Of a stretch of 64,000 bases of DNA, positions 1 to 12,335 are shown piece by piece. Below the pieces are notes generated by a model, which worked only from the letters and a program-made list of their open reading frames with translations, ran no database searches and was not told the DNA's origin. Numbering within the stretch: the first letter of the stretch is position 1; the number at the start of each line of letters is the position of its first letter. This DNA is from Selaginella moellendorffii (taxonomy: Eukaryota > Plantae > Lycopodiophyta), in contig NW_003314266.1 of the NCBI RefSeq assembly GCF_000143415.4, positions 3,032,604 to 3,096,603 on the forward strand, in the 5' to 3' direction. A program made the translations under genes and the position numbers.

Positions 1-863
1 CGTCGCCGCATAGAGATGGCCGATCTTCATCTTGCTGGCTTGGACCAGAGTGTATGGCTCTTGGTAGTGCGGCGAGGGGCGGCCGAGGATCATCCCGAGG
101 TGGTCTCTCACGACCTCAAGAACCTCGGCCGAGTGGATCGATTCCATGTCGCCCAGCACGGATTGCCAGTTGCTGTCCACCTTTTGGTTCGCGGGGAGGC
201 TCGGAATCTTGGGAACCAGAGCCAGCCTCGAGTCAAGGAACTTTTGGACGACTAGAGAATAGATCACTTCCACGACCGCTTTCTGGCGCTCCTGTTCTTT
301 AACTTCCGCGATTCTCCTGAGAAAGAAAAATAGAAGAGAGAGTTGGCTTACGTCTTTCCATTGACAAACTTCTCTTTTCTACGTAAGAGAGAAACTTACT
401 TGTAGAGGACGAGCTCTGAGTCGGAAGAATTGGTCGACTTCTCAGCCGCGGCGTTCTTATCAGCGGCAAGCTGCTGGATGTGCTGCTCGGCTGCTTCTAG
501 GAAGAGATGAGGATGGCTCTGGAGCAGCGAGACTAGGAACTGGCCGATGGGCGACTCGGGCTCCCAAGGACCGACCATGGAAGTGGCACTACTTCTTCCA
601 CTCTGAGCTTTGACAATGTGACACGGACCTCTTCCCGGCCTGGAAAACCCATTTTTTATCCTCAGCGAGTCCCTCTTCCCAAAGAAACTTGTGGAAGCCT
701 GCGAAAGAGACGAGAGAGGAAGCTCAGATCTAGCCACATCTTGCCCAAATTTCCCTACCGTGAAGTGGATGCTGCGCTTGGCACCGACGCTGGATTGCTG
801 CGCCCGGCACGAGCTGCTCGCAAATCCGCCGCTGCTGGAAGATCCCACTTGCACTGCCGCCAT
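1..863 (-). CDS. DUF760 / UV-B-induced At3g17800-like plastid protein, 3' end outside the window
   Basis: Exon 863-400 has a transit-peptide-like start then PESPIGQFL..LQSHPHLF..ELVLY. After a GT-AG intron (399-317) the exon reads RIAEVKEQER..LVVQKF..SIHS.EVLE..HLG..KIGHLYAA. Confidence 0.8.
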
Positions 864-1543
864 CGCCGAGACCCGCTGAGACCGCCTCACGCTCTGACCT
901 AAAAATGAAAATCTCACGCGACATTTTGACCCTTTGGTGTCGGAGGAATCCACGTGGCTGCTTCGCAATGTTCCACGTCGGTCAAAATTCTATGATCCAC
1001 TAGTTCGTTCGGTGACTAGTTGTTAACATATGTAAAAGGAATATTGGGTGAGGAATCAACTCCATATACGAAAGTGTTAAGTGGATTAATTTGTAGATGG
1101 ATTGCTAGAGCACAAATGAATTTATTCCATTTGATTCGTTCGTCCCTTGCTAGATTTTATGTCAAGTTTTGAGTATACTTGTAAGCACCAAGAATCTCCA
1201 GTTAGCTTTCTCCAAGTTTTCAATGATACTCCCAGCATCCAGCACTATCACTAAGTTTAGAGCTGCCTAGTCCTAAGAAAGACTTCACATTAACATTGGT
1301 CAATCTTTTCGTAATTGGATTTTAGTTGTTGGCGCTAGAAAACTTCTAAACACTGCAAGATTTTATAATGTTTATTTGTATTAAAATCTGTTGTTCTAAA
1401 CCTACTGAGAACCATAGGAGAAAGATTTTTACACGTGTCTATATAATTCATATACACTGTTTTTCATAAATGGTATATATGCTTTTGTTATTAGTTTAAT
1501 ATTTTTATTATATACAAATACAACTTATTCATGCTTTCCGCCC

Positions 1544-1957
1544 ATGGCATTTCCAAAGTTTTATTTATTTAGTTTTATTTCACTTTTACTATATACAAGT
1601 TTTATAATTGTTACTCTTTCTCAAGGATTTAATCACTGTTGGAATACTGATTGGAAAAAAATAATGACTTGTAAATTAGATTATTACAGATCTAAACATA
1701 AAGGAAATGCTAATATATTTATATATAACAAATCAAAGTCTTTCAAAGAAGCAATAACTCCAAATCCAATAGAAGAAACAGATGATTTTCAAATAGACAG
1801 TGATGATTTGCAAGCAATAGTTTTTATTGGTACAGCAAAATACACCACTACTGGTTGGGGTGGCTGGGATTGGTGGTCTTTTACGGGTTGTTACAAACAT
1901 GTCGATCATACTGTTGAATTTTACGAATATGGACCAAATAAGAATTGTGCAATTTAA
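1544..1957 (+). CDS. Orphan small secreted protein (137 aa, signal peptide, 4 Cys, Trp-rich), intronless and AT-rich
   Basis: Uninterrupted ORF in very AT-rich DNA with a hydrophobic N-terminus (FYLFSFISLLLYTSFIIVTLSQG) and TATA-like sequences upstream. No family recognised. Confidence 0.55.
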   Translation: MAFPKFYLFSFISLLLYTSFIIVTLSQGFNHCWNTDWKKIMTCKLDYYRSKHKGNANIFIYNKSKSFKEAITPNPIEETDDFQIDSDDLQAIVFIGTAKYTTTGWGGWDWWSFTGCYKHVDHTVEFYEYGPNKNCAI

Positions 1958-1984
1958 TATGAATTCCTCTTGTACTTTATATTT

Positions 1985-2180
1985 TATAAAATAATTTGCT
2001 ATTGCATGCATCAAGGCTTGTTAATTATTATTTAATAATTTAATTAATGAAATATGGTAAAATAAATCAGAATATACTAGAAAGTGTTTAAGAAAGTTTA
2101 TAAATTATAAATACAAAATTAATCTAAATGAATAACAACTGTTAAATGGTAGAATATTCTAGAATATTTAAATAAATTTC
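1985..2180 (-). repeat. AT-rich dispersed repeat, copy 1 (inverted relative to the copies at 44.25 and 45.9 kb)
   Basis: Reverse complement contains tattctagaatatt.taccat.taac.gttgttattcatttagattaattttgta.ttataatttataaa, shared with the other two copies. Confidence 0.7.
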
Positions 2181-2343
2181 ATTAAGTCTAAGAGTAGAAA
2201 GACCAATTGATTTTATAACATTCTACTTGGTTTTTACTGCAATTGCCAATAATAATAGTAATACTGTTTATACACTTCTCCCACTTCCAAGGGATCTCGC
2301 TAAAAAGGAAAAAAGAAGAAAAAAGAAAAAAAAAGGGAGAGTT

Positions 2344-5300
2344 TTAAGCAACTCCAGCAGGAGCTTCAATGCTCGAGCTCGATGCGGTTCCAGCAGTTCC
2401 GTTCAGCACCGTCACGTTTCCTTCAGAGTCCACATCTATGATCGCCGAATCGCCCTCTTTCACCTCCCCGGACAGCATCCTCTCGGCCATGCTATCCTCG
2501 AGAAGCCTCATGATCGCCCTTCGCAGCGGCCGAGCTCCATAGCTCGGGCTATATCCCTCGTCCACCACCCGGTCTCTAAACCTCTCCGTCACCTGGAGAT
2601 CGATCTCCTTCTTCTTGAGCCGCTCAAACACCTCCTTGAGCATGATATCCGCAATCTCCTTCACCTCCGTCTTGGTCAGCTGCCTAAACACGATGATCTC
2701 GTCCAGACGGTTCAAGAACTCGGGCCTGAAGTACTGCTTGAGCTCCTCGTTCACCAGCGTCTTGATCCGGTTGTAGCTGCTGTCCTTCTCGCCGTAGTCG
2801 AGCTGGAAGCCAATGCCGCCGCCACCCTTCTCAATCACGCTGCTTCCCACGTTGGAGGTCATGATCAGCAGTGTGTTCTTGAAGTCCACCGTTCGTCCCT
2901 TGCTGTCCGTGAGCCTCCCGTCCTCCAGGATCTGGAGCATCATGTTGAACACGTCCGGGTGAGCTTTCTCGATCTCGTCGAACAGCACCACGGTGTAAGG
3001 ACGCCTCCTCACGGCCTCTGTGAGCTGGCCTCCCTCTGTGTAGCCAACGTATCCCGGAGGCGAGCCGATGAGCTTTGACACCGTGTGTCTCTCCATGAAC
3101 TCGCTCATGTCGAGCCTGACCATGGCCTCCTCGGAGCCGAAGTAGTACGCCGCCAGGGCCTTTGCGAGCTCCGACTTTCCAACACCGGTAGGACCGGAGA
3201 AAATGAAGCTTGCAATGGGACGGTTCGGGTTCTTGAGGCCGACGCGAGCGCGGCGGATGGCTCGGCTGATCGCCTTCACTGCCTCGTCCTGTCCAATGAC
3301 GCGCTGGTGGAGCGTCTCCTCCATTTTCATCAGCCTGTCCGACTCGTCGGTTGAGACTTTCTCCACGGGAATGCCTGTCCATGCTGACACAATCTGCTGG
3401 ATATCGGCCTCTGTGACCAAGGGACCTGTTTCGCCAGCTTCGGTTTCTGCCTTAGACTTCTCTTTTCCTTTCTCGGTGATGGCTGAGATCTGTGCCTTGA
3501 GCTCCATCTCGCGATCTCTCAGCTCGCCAGCCTGCCAGAATAAAAATCAGTCAACTACCATGTAAAATAAAATGGTCTAAGTAAAGACGACGGACCTTCT
3601 CAAAGTCTTGTCCACGCACAGCTTCGTTTTTCTCTTTGGTGATTTGCCTGAGTTCCTTGTCAAGATCTCTGGCTTCTTCAGGCAGCTACAGAAAGAAAGA
3701 AACAGAAAACGTGTGAGTTGCGATATCCAAGACTAAAAACAGCGTCACCTGTGCGTGTCTCAGTCGGACGCGAGAACCAGCTTCGTCGATAAGATCAATG
3801 GCCTTGTCCGGAAGGAAACGGTCGCTGATATACTGGTAAGACAGCTGAGCAGCGGCGACAAGCGCCTCATCTGTGTACCGTAGCTTGTGATGGATTTCAT
3901 ACCGCTCTCGCAGTCCTTTGAGAATTTGAATGGTTTCGTCGACGGTGGGCTCCGGCACATTAACTGGCTGGAATCGTCTTTCCAGGGCGGGATCCTTCTC
4001 TATATGTTTCCTGTACTCGTCAATGGTCGTAGCACCAATGCACTAGCAAAGACTGGAATTAGCACAAGTTTCACGATACAAATATTTACCTGAAGTTCGC
4101 CACGAGCAAGAGCAGGCTTCAAAATATTGGCCGCATCGATGGCTCCTTCAGCAGCGCCAGCTCCAATCAAAGTATGCACCTCATCGATAACAAGAATAAT
4201 GTCATCGGATTGCTTAATTTCTTCCATGAGTTTCTTCAGACGCTCTTCAAATTCTCCACGGTACTTTGTCCCGGCAACAAGCAGTCCCATGTCTAATGTA
4301 ACGACCTGAAATATTCAAAGTCAATATGCAAGGAAATTTTTCAAAGAAATTGCATAGAACCTTTTTCCCTTCAATAGTTTCAGGAACGTCTCCTGTCGCA
4401 ATTCGCTGCGCAAGACCTTCAGCAATTGCAGTCTTTCCAACGCCAGGTTCTCCAATCAAACAAGGGTTGTTCTTCGTCCGACGACCAAGAATTTGTGTAA
4501 CACGCTCAATTTGTTGCTGCCTTCCCACCACGGGATCTAGTTTACCCTGTGCAAAAAATAAAAACTTGAGCTACTTGACAACTTTTCCAGACACGGCCAC
4601 TTACTTCTTCTGCTAGTTTCGTCAAGTTCGTGCCATACTCCTCCAACGTTGGCATCTTGTTGCTACTGCTACCTCCGCCGACACTCGCACCAACAGCCTC
4701 TGTGCTCTCTCCGACCATTCGAATAACCTGAAAAACAACACGAATGTTTTTTCTTGTTACTTCAATTAGCTAGGTTTACCTGCGTCCGAATGTTTCCAGG
4801 ATCAGCTCCCAGGTTTTCAAGCACACGAGCTGCCACACCTTCTCCTTCTCGCAGAAGTCCAAGAAGCAAATGCTCCGACCCGATGTAATTGTGTCCTGTG
4901 AGACAAAAGACAAAAGAATAACACGTTGTGAGCTGCAAAAGCTTTCAAGCAAGACGACCACTCACCCAGCTGGCGTGCTTCTTCGAGAGAAAGCTCCAAT
5001 ACACGCTTTGCGCGAGGAGTGAAAGGAATCTCCACGGCAACAAAACCACTTCCCCTTCCAATAATCTTCTCAACCTCCACCCGAGCTTCCTTGAGATTAA
5101 CTCCCATGGACTTCAAAACCTTGGCAGCGATACCGGTCCCTTCTCCGATAAGACCCAGAAGAATCTGTTCAGTGCCTACAAAATTGTGTCCCAGCCTGCG
5201 AGCCTCCTCCTGTGCCAACATGATAACTTTGATGGCTTTCTCGGTGAAGCGCTCGAACATAGCGACAACCACACCACGAGAAGCACCTCTTCCCCCGCTG

Positions 5301-5566
5301 GTGGAAACACTTGAAACCACTGAGTTCCAATCCTTGCAAGTGCTCGTTGCTAGAGAATCCAAGGGACTTGGCTTTCGCATGCCGACATACGTTTGTAGCG
5401 TCCTCGTTCTCGTGATAAAGGCCGCTCGGACTTGGCCATGATTCGAGCCTCTTATCATACTCACAGTACCTCTTCTTGTTCTACTGGATTTTTGTTGCCG
5501 GCTTGCGGGAACGCTGCGAATCCCAGCCGACAGGGCTGGAGACTGAGAAAGTGCTCCGGCTGCCAT
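2344..5566 (-). CDS. ClpC: Chloroplast ClpC (Hsp100) AAA+ chaperone, multi-exon
   Basis: Transit peptide then [32 protein letters not shown]. Walker A motifs GEPGVGKT and GPTGVGKS, plus [14 protein letters not shown] and GARPLRR. Several short GT-AG introns. Confidence 0.97.
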
Positions 5567-6042
5567 GTTTCTCGACTTATTGGAAGATCTTGGTTTCTGC
5601 AAAACAAAAAATCTTGAGTTCGAGAAAAAAAATCGCAAAAGGAATCAAACCAGCAACCAAAAGCAGAGAAGAAATTTAGACTTTCAGCGAAGAAAGCAAA
5701 CCAGAGAAAAAATATTAAGTCCAGCAAAGAAAAAAACACGAAAAAATCAATGCTCTGTGCAGGAAACCGTGCCACCACACAAATGCCTCGAGCAGGAAAC
5801 GCCGCAATCCAAGCAGCGCACAGCAGCTGGAATTCACCGATTACTCACGCGCACAGCAAGCGGCCGCGAGAATCCAAAAACCCTAGAATCCGAAACGCAC
5901 GAAATCTAACCAAAACCTCGTCGCCAATCCGCGAGAGCGCGGCCAGCGCAAGAGCTTTGGATTGGCAGGCGAGCGCTTACCGGAGCCCTGGAGCCGCCTT
6001 CACCTCCTCCACACAAACACGCAAATTTTGGAGATATCCTGC

Positions 6043-7674
6043 TCAAAGCTTACGGCATTTAACGGTATATGCCGAGACGGTGGCGGAATAATCACCCGCG
6101 CTAGCGGAATATCCTTGGATGTTTCCAAACAGCACGCATCGCCACTCTACCGCCTCTGGGACGTAGGGCATCGTCCGCGCGAGCTCTTGTGCGCCCTCCA
6201 CGTGGCCGGCCCTAGACAGGAGATCTATCATAGCGCTATAATGTTGCTTAGATGGAGAGATGCCAAAGTCTAAAACCATGGAAAGAAAGAAACTCCTTGC
6301 TATGGAGAGCTGTCCAATGTAGCTAGTGGAAATTAGCAGCAAAACAAAGCAAATAGAGTCCGGTGACACGTCGAAATTCATTAGAGTAAAAAGATAGCGT
6401 GCGTGGTAAAAATGCCCATTTTGGGCATATGCCGCCAGCAAGGCAGTCCACGTCACAAGGTCCCTTTGGGGCATTGCACGGAAGAGCATCTCGGCGTGGA
6501 AAACATGTCTGTTGTAGGTATATCCTAGTAGTACGGAGTTCCACGTCGGCATTGTCTTCTCTGGAGCTTCGTACAGTGTACGTTTTGCTAGATCCATTTG
6601 CCCATTGTGGGCATATGTCCAAGTTATTAAGTCGTACAATCTCGAGTCCCGGTAGGGCATTCTTTCGTACAGGTCCACTGCGTAGTCGAGATTCCCATGT
6701 TGCGAATATGCTCCCATCATGCACGTGTACGACACAACGTCGTGGACTGGCATCTGGTCAAACGTACACTTGACGAGTTCTAGATTCCCTGTTTGGGAAT
6801 ATGCCGCGAGCATTGCGTTCCAGGCAATGGAATCCCTCTCTGGCATAGAGTTAAAAAGATTCTCTGCCTCTTGAACTAAACCATCATTGGAATATAGCCC
6901 CAGTAGCGAAGTGAACGAAGACAAGCTTCTCTCTGGCATGGAATTAAAGATTCTTTCAGATTCGAAAAGTTGCCCATTTGTGGCATTTGCAAGAAGAAGA
7001 ACGTTCCATGCGATGATATCCCGCTCTTGCATTGCATTAAAAACAACCGCGATTTCATCAAAGCAGCCATGGTTAGCATAAACTCCCATGATAGCCGTAC
7101 AAGAGACAATATCCACCTCCGGCATGGAGTCGTACACCAGCTTTGTGTGTAAGAGTTCGCCACCTTCGGCATTTGCCGAAAGCAAACACGTCCACGAGAC
7201 TAAACTCCACTGCGGCATTCGATCGAACAAAACCTTCGCAGCGTCAGTATCGCCAAGTTTTGAGCGGATCGAGAGCATCGAATTCCATGACACTAAGTTC
7301 TTCTCGGGCATGGCGGAGAAGAACCTCGCCGCAAGCTCGAATTCCCCGTTAATAGCGTACGCTGCGAGCATGGACGTCCACGAGACGATGTTTCGTCCGG
7401 GCATTTCCTCAAACAGTCGCTCAGCCTCGGGCAGCTCACCATTACGAGCGTTTGCAGTGAGCATCATGTTCCAGGCGACGAGAGTTTTGACGGGCATTTG
7501 CTCGAAGGTCTGCCTGGACTCTTTCAAGTTTTTGTTGCGGCAGTAGGCGTAGAGGAGAGTCTCCCACGAGAAAGAGTCTCTGGCATTGTCTTTGATGGAA
7601 TCAAAGACTTCTCTGGCTCGCTTCAAGTCGCCGGTCCTGCCATACATTTCAACAAGTTTTATCTGACAATTCAT
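6043..7674 (-). CDS. PLS-class PPR protein (31-aa S/SS repeats) with degenerate E domain; probably 5'-truncated
   Basis: Repeated F..MP.R..VSW..ML.AYA..G motifs and C-terminal HYSAMIDLLSRAG..MPYVPEAVEW. First ATG at 7674 with no evident transit peptide. Confidence 0.88.
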   Translation of the reverse strand: MNCQIKLVEMYGRTGDLKRAREVFDSIKDNARDSFSWETLLYAYCRNKNLKESRQTFEQMPVKTLVAWNMMLTANARNGELPEAERLFEEMPGRNIVSWTSMLAAYAINGEFELAARFFSAMPEKNLVSWNSMLSIRSKLGDTDAAKVLFDRMPQWSLVSWTCLLSANAEGGELLHTKLVYDSMPEVDIVSCTAIMGVYANHGCFDEIAVVFNAMQERDIIAWNVLLLANATNGQLFESERIFNSMPERSLSSFTSLLGLYSNDGLVQEAENLFNSMPERDSIAWNAMLAAYSQTGNLELVKCTFDQMPVHDVVSYTCMMGAYSQHGNLDYAVDLYERMPYRDSRLYDLITWTYAHNGQMDLAKRTLYEAPEKTMPTWNSVLLGYTYNRHVFHAEMLFRAMPQRDLVTWTALLAAYAQNGHFYHARYLFTLMNFDVSPDSICFVLLLISTSYIGQLSIARSFFLSMVLDFGISPSKQHYSAMIDLLSRAGHVEGAQELARTMPYVPEAVEWRCVLFGNIQGYSASAGDYSATVSAYTVKCRKL

Positions 7675-7706
7675 AACAACGAAAAAGGTCACCTCTGGAA
7701 GATTTT

Positions 7707-9865
7707 TCAAAGGTTCCTCTCGTTGGGCTCCAACCAAGGATGACCTACGAACTCAAAGACTTCTTTCTCGTTCTTGCAGATGACTCGAGCACCTTTGCTA
7801 TCAACCTGAAGATAGGAGAAGCTTGTTTCCATAGAGAAGCATGTAAACAGTTTACTAACCTTGTGACGCTTGTGCTTCTCATACAAAATTGTTCTATACA
7901 AGCCAGTATCATCTAGTTTGTATCCTTTTTCATTTGCTAGAATTCGCAGCCTGTGAAACAACAAAAGTCGCAATGCTATTTCTCATCGTTAACGCTACGT
8001 ATGTACCTTCTGTTTAGAACATCGTTGCCAGTCCAAGCAATGAGACCAAATGGATATTGCTCCCAAGAGTACACCTGAGTAGAATCTGTGATAATCAAAA
8101 GATCGTTTGAAACACAAACCTTAAAATCAATACGATGCCGCTGCTCTCTTCCCGGATACTTGCATAACCCAAAGTAAGTATCCACAGCGTCATCGTTCAG
8201 TTCCTGCAATGTTGTTCATCTCATTAGCACAGGGAAGTGTTATTTCTACCTCGTGGTAACCAATCAGCAAGTCTTCGGTGAGAAAATCAATGTCTTTCAG
8301 TCGTTGGACTAAGCGCCTCAGAAATCCCTTGTGACTGCAGAAAACTTTCAGTCAAAACTCATAACAACGTAAGCAGACCTTGTGCCATCCGAGTGAGTGA
8401 CAATCATGTCCATATCCCCTACCAGCGACTTCCCACGTCTATAAGAACCTCCACAAACAACGGATATCTACAACGCAAGGATAAGCCGAGTGAAAAAACA
8501 TATACCCCGGGTTGAATAGCACTAGCAATTTCTTGCACCAGATTTTCCACGTAGTTCGCCTAGAACGAAATGTCACTCGGGAGAACAAATCTCTAAATTG
8601 GATACCTCGCTGCGTGGAATTTTTGCGTTGATATCCTCGAAATATTGCAGCCCAAGCCGTTGGGTACGTGTAAGTGACTCGTCATGCCTTAAGTCCTCCA
8701 GGGAACGATGACCTTTCTCGTAATATTTCAAAGCGTTCGATGGCCCAATCCCCCACACTGAACCGAAAAGAGAAACAGTTTTCACCTGTAAATCTCAGGA
8801 TGTCAAGTCTTCAGAATTACAGCTTTTACAAACGCACCTTTTCATCGTCTCTAAAATGCTCCAGTTTTGAAAGTTTCCCAGTGGATAGAATTTCCTGGAT
8901 CTGTGAACCGACAACATGAAACACGAAAAAGAAGTAAATACGTACGTGATTCTGTAGCGACTTTCCGATTGATGGAGCATTCTTCACTTGATCTACACTC
9001 GTAACTTGATATGGTAGCTTTTCCAGATAGGATATCGCCTTGTGATAGCTATAAGATCTTCTGTTGTCTCCAAGACCTGAAAAAAGTTCATGAACGTTTT
9101 GATGTACTCTTGCCAACAGAAATGCTCACCGTTTTTGTATATGTCCCGGAGTTCTCCAAAAGGGCCTGTAATATTTTGGTTGAGGTTTGGAGGAGCATAA
9201 ATCTGTTACACAATCTAGATATCAAACACGAGACCAATAAAAAGAGCCGCTTACCTCATTTTGCCCCGTGGAATCATCAGGTTCCTTTGGGAATACGAGT
9301 GCAGACCTCCATTCTTCACGTTTAGTATCACTGATGGCAGCATCAGTGTCTGAGTTTAAGGATTCAGTAGCACTCTCGTCAGTCGCGGTGCAATCAGTTC
9401 CAGTGCCAGCGGATTCTTCAGCTGAGGCACCATGATAATCCTGAAACAAATTGTAAGACTCTGCAGGTAACCTTTGCCCTGCCTTGAGACAGTCTTCCAG
9501 CCAGTCGTATTTCAAAAATGACTGAAAAAGAGAATGTAAGAAACATATCCAGCAAGAAATAAGGAACTCACCACTTTAAGCCGTTTCAGCCGTTTCAATC
9601 TCTTCCAATCTTTGCTCTGGTCCAAGTGCTGCGAAGAAACAGCAAAGACATGAGTCAGCTGTTTTGTTACGTGATCTTCTATCTTTCCTCCCAATGCAGC
9701 GAGCTTTGTCTTCCACACCTAGCAACGCAGCACACAATTCATATCGTAGAAAAAAATACCAAAACTCCCGGCTACCTGAAGACGAAGCTGGACCACACCA
9801 GCCTCCACAAAAAACCCAACAATCCCATCGAAAGAAAGCTTATCACTGGCGGTGGAAGTCGTCAT
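7707..9865 (-). CDS. POLL: DNA polymerase lambda (family X, N-terminal BRCT), multi-exon
   Basis: BRCT (WKTKL..THVFA, YDWLEDCL), 8-kDa lyase region (RRSYSYHKA, SIGKSL), VWGIG HhH, GSYRRGK..GDMD, HRIDFKV, YPFGLIAWTGNDVLNRR, and terminal PWLEPNERNL. Confidence 0.95.
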
Positions 9866-10341
9866 GCGAAGCGCTAAGCATCACCAAGAACAAAATGTGA
9901 GAGAAAGGGGCTAAGTATTAAGTATTACTAGCACGCTACGTGTCGACTCAACTAAAAACAAGTTTGAAAAAGTCCATTCTAAAATTCTCTCGACGATCAT
10001 CCAAGGAAACAACTTACTGTGTATGATCTTTCCAGTAGCCGAAGGACAAATCCCTCCAACCAAGCCGCATCCTTGATACCAAATCCTCGCCGCCGAGCCT
10101 GAGAAACGAAATTTGGTCAATCGAAGCAAAGATTTCGCGAAATTTCTCACCGGAGATTCCGACATTGATCGAAATCCACGGCAAAATCCGCCAAGAACTG
10201 CATCGCCGTGGAATCAAGCGCCTCGAGGGAGAAGAAATCCCGCCTCGCTTAAACCCTAAAACTCTACAACGCCACGTGTCGAAAACCAATTGTCAAGCTC
10301 TTTATTTACATTACATACACGAAAGACAAAACCTCTCTTTC

Positions 10342-11748
10342 TCAAACTTTGATGTGTAGAAGTTCTTCAACCGGGCATCTGCAAATCGGGCATAAATTTG
10401 TTTGGTGTCTCAACACATTGGCACAATCGCTACACATACACTGAGAAAAAAAAAAAAAAAAACGAATCAAAGTTAGAACCAAAGTAGAACAAACCAATCG
10501 AAGAACTTACCATATGCCTGCACGGCAAGACAGTCGTGTCCTTGGGCTCGGACAAGCAAATCACGCATTCTTTCCCAGAAGAATCGCTGCTGTTGTTGCT
10601 CGCTTCACTGCCACCAATCCCGAAAATCTCCTGGAGCTCGTAGCGAACGCCATCCACCCAGATGATCTGCTTAACAACTCGAACTTGGAGCTCACCCTCG
10701 TCCCCGTCTCTTTCAATCTTTCGTATCACGGCATACGTCTGTTGACAGTGGATCCACTTCTTGAGTGCTCCACCCACGGGCTCGGGGGATTCGGCAGCGT
10801 CGGGTGGTGGATTCTTTGGAGTCGTCTCGATCCGGATGATGAGAGGGTAGACGTTGTCCGTGCCGAGCTGCGAGAGATCTTGCTCGTCGATGAGAGAAAA
10901 GTCGAGGCCAGATTCCTGCTTAAACTTCTGGCCCAGTCCACTCTTGAAGTGGTGCCTGGTAGGCGCTGGAAACATCTTACTGAGAGATACCACGCTACCA
11001 TTGGAAGTTTCCTTTGACAGGAAGAACACAGTGATACTGTAACAAAAAAAAAAAAACGTTAGAAAAACGGAGGAGTTGTCTTGCGAAACTCTAGAAAACG
11101 AATACAGGCCACCGACCAAGAAATCTAATCTAATCAGTAGAGCCAAGATAAGAACTCGCATGAATCCATGAGCCCAGGCAACCAAACCATGAATCCAGGC
11201 AAGATAAGAACTCCCAGGCAAGTTCTAGCTATGCAAGAAGGGAAAAAATTGATGTTTGCATACCTTCCAGAAGTGGTGGCATCGAACGAGAATGCTACGA
11301 CATGATTGCCAGGCATGGCCTCGTCTCTCTCGAGCCGCAGCGTTCCTTTGTTGAGATTTACCTCGTTCCTGACCGTGTTGGCGGTCTGGTACTCTGGAAC
11401 GGGCACTGGAGCTGGAGCTGGAGCTGACGAGCTTGGAACAATGGCAGTAGATCCATTCCAAGGCAGGGGAGTCCGCGGCGCTGGCAGGAAGAGCTGGGGA
11501 GGAGGAGCGGGAAGCCTTGGCGGAGGAGGCGGTGGCGCTGGAGGCCCGTAATATCCTTGCTGCTGCTGGAAGAAATAGCTCCCGGGGCGAGGAGGACGAT
11601 AGTAGTATGGTGAGACCATATGGGGGCAAGGAGCGACCTCGGTGTGATAGCCGGGCGGAGGAGGAGGGAGCGGGGGATAGATCGGACCTGGCGGATGCTG
11701 CTGGTGGTGGTGGTGGCGTCGTCTTCTTCTGCTGCTACTGTTGCCCAT
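10342..11748 (-). CDS. LOG2/LUL (MGRN1-like) RING E3 ubiquitin ligase
   Basis: MGNSSS myristoylation-type start, Pro-rich region, [35 protein letters not shown], and [23 protein letters not shown]|CMC..C...CPICR across an intron. Confidence 0.93.
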
Positions 11749-12335
11749 GAATTTGGATCCCTGGCTCCGGATTGAAAGCGCGTTCTTCCTAAGAACCCTA
11801 GCCAATAAGAAATCAAAACTGAGCATATGCAAAACGAATATACTTAAGCATACTCACCAGAATATGCTTTAGAAGGGCCTCGTGTTGAGTAGTTCACCAG
11901 GTTGTGCTAGAAGATGGGCTCTTCCATTGCTTCATACATGGCATTCAAAACTAGTGTGCCTCTGTCTAGAAGTAAACTTAGTAGCATCACTAACTACACA
12001 GTTGACCAAAGTATAACATAAATATTTTTGTATGGGGTTTCCAATTCTTGTCCATTTGAGGGTGTTATTTCTTTTTCTCCAGTGTGTCCAGCCACAACAT
12101 CAAGCATGACACCATCTTCTAGGATTTAGTATGGTTTGAGTTTTCATTTTCTAAAGTCTAAAGAAAATATTCCAAGAATTGTTTTTGCATATAAAGCCAT
12201 GCAAAATATTCTTTCATTTATATATTAGATACATGGTCACACAGTGCCCACTATGAACGTGAGATCAAGAGATTTAAAAGTGTCATTTTGAAGAAGATTA
12301 TAATTATAATACTTCCTACTCTTGATCAATGCCCC

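Noticed and set aside
2227-3565. Long plus-strand ORFs (e.g. 283 aa) opposite ClpC
   Set aside because: Antisense shadows of a GC-rich conserved coding exon. The same applies to ORFs opposite the PPR, TEL, TRAPPC12 and ARM-TPR genes.
9866-10070. Spliced upstream ORF in the Pol lambda leader (MRLGWRD..|GTAAGT)
   Set aside because: Acceptor and TSS cannot be fixed from sequence alone, so it may be chance.
11850-12330. Possible LINE fragment upstream of the copia; also AT-rich 15300-16800
   Set aside because: Too degenerate to support any motif-based assignment by eye.
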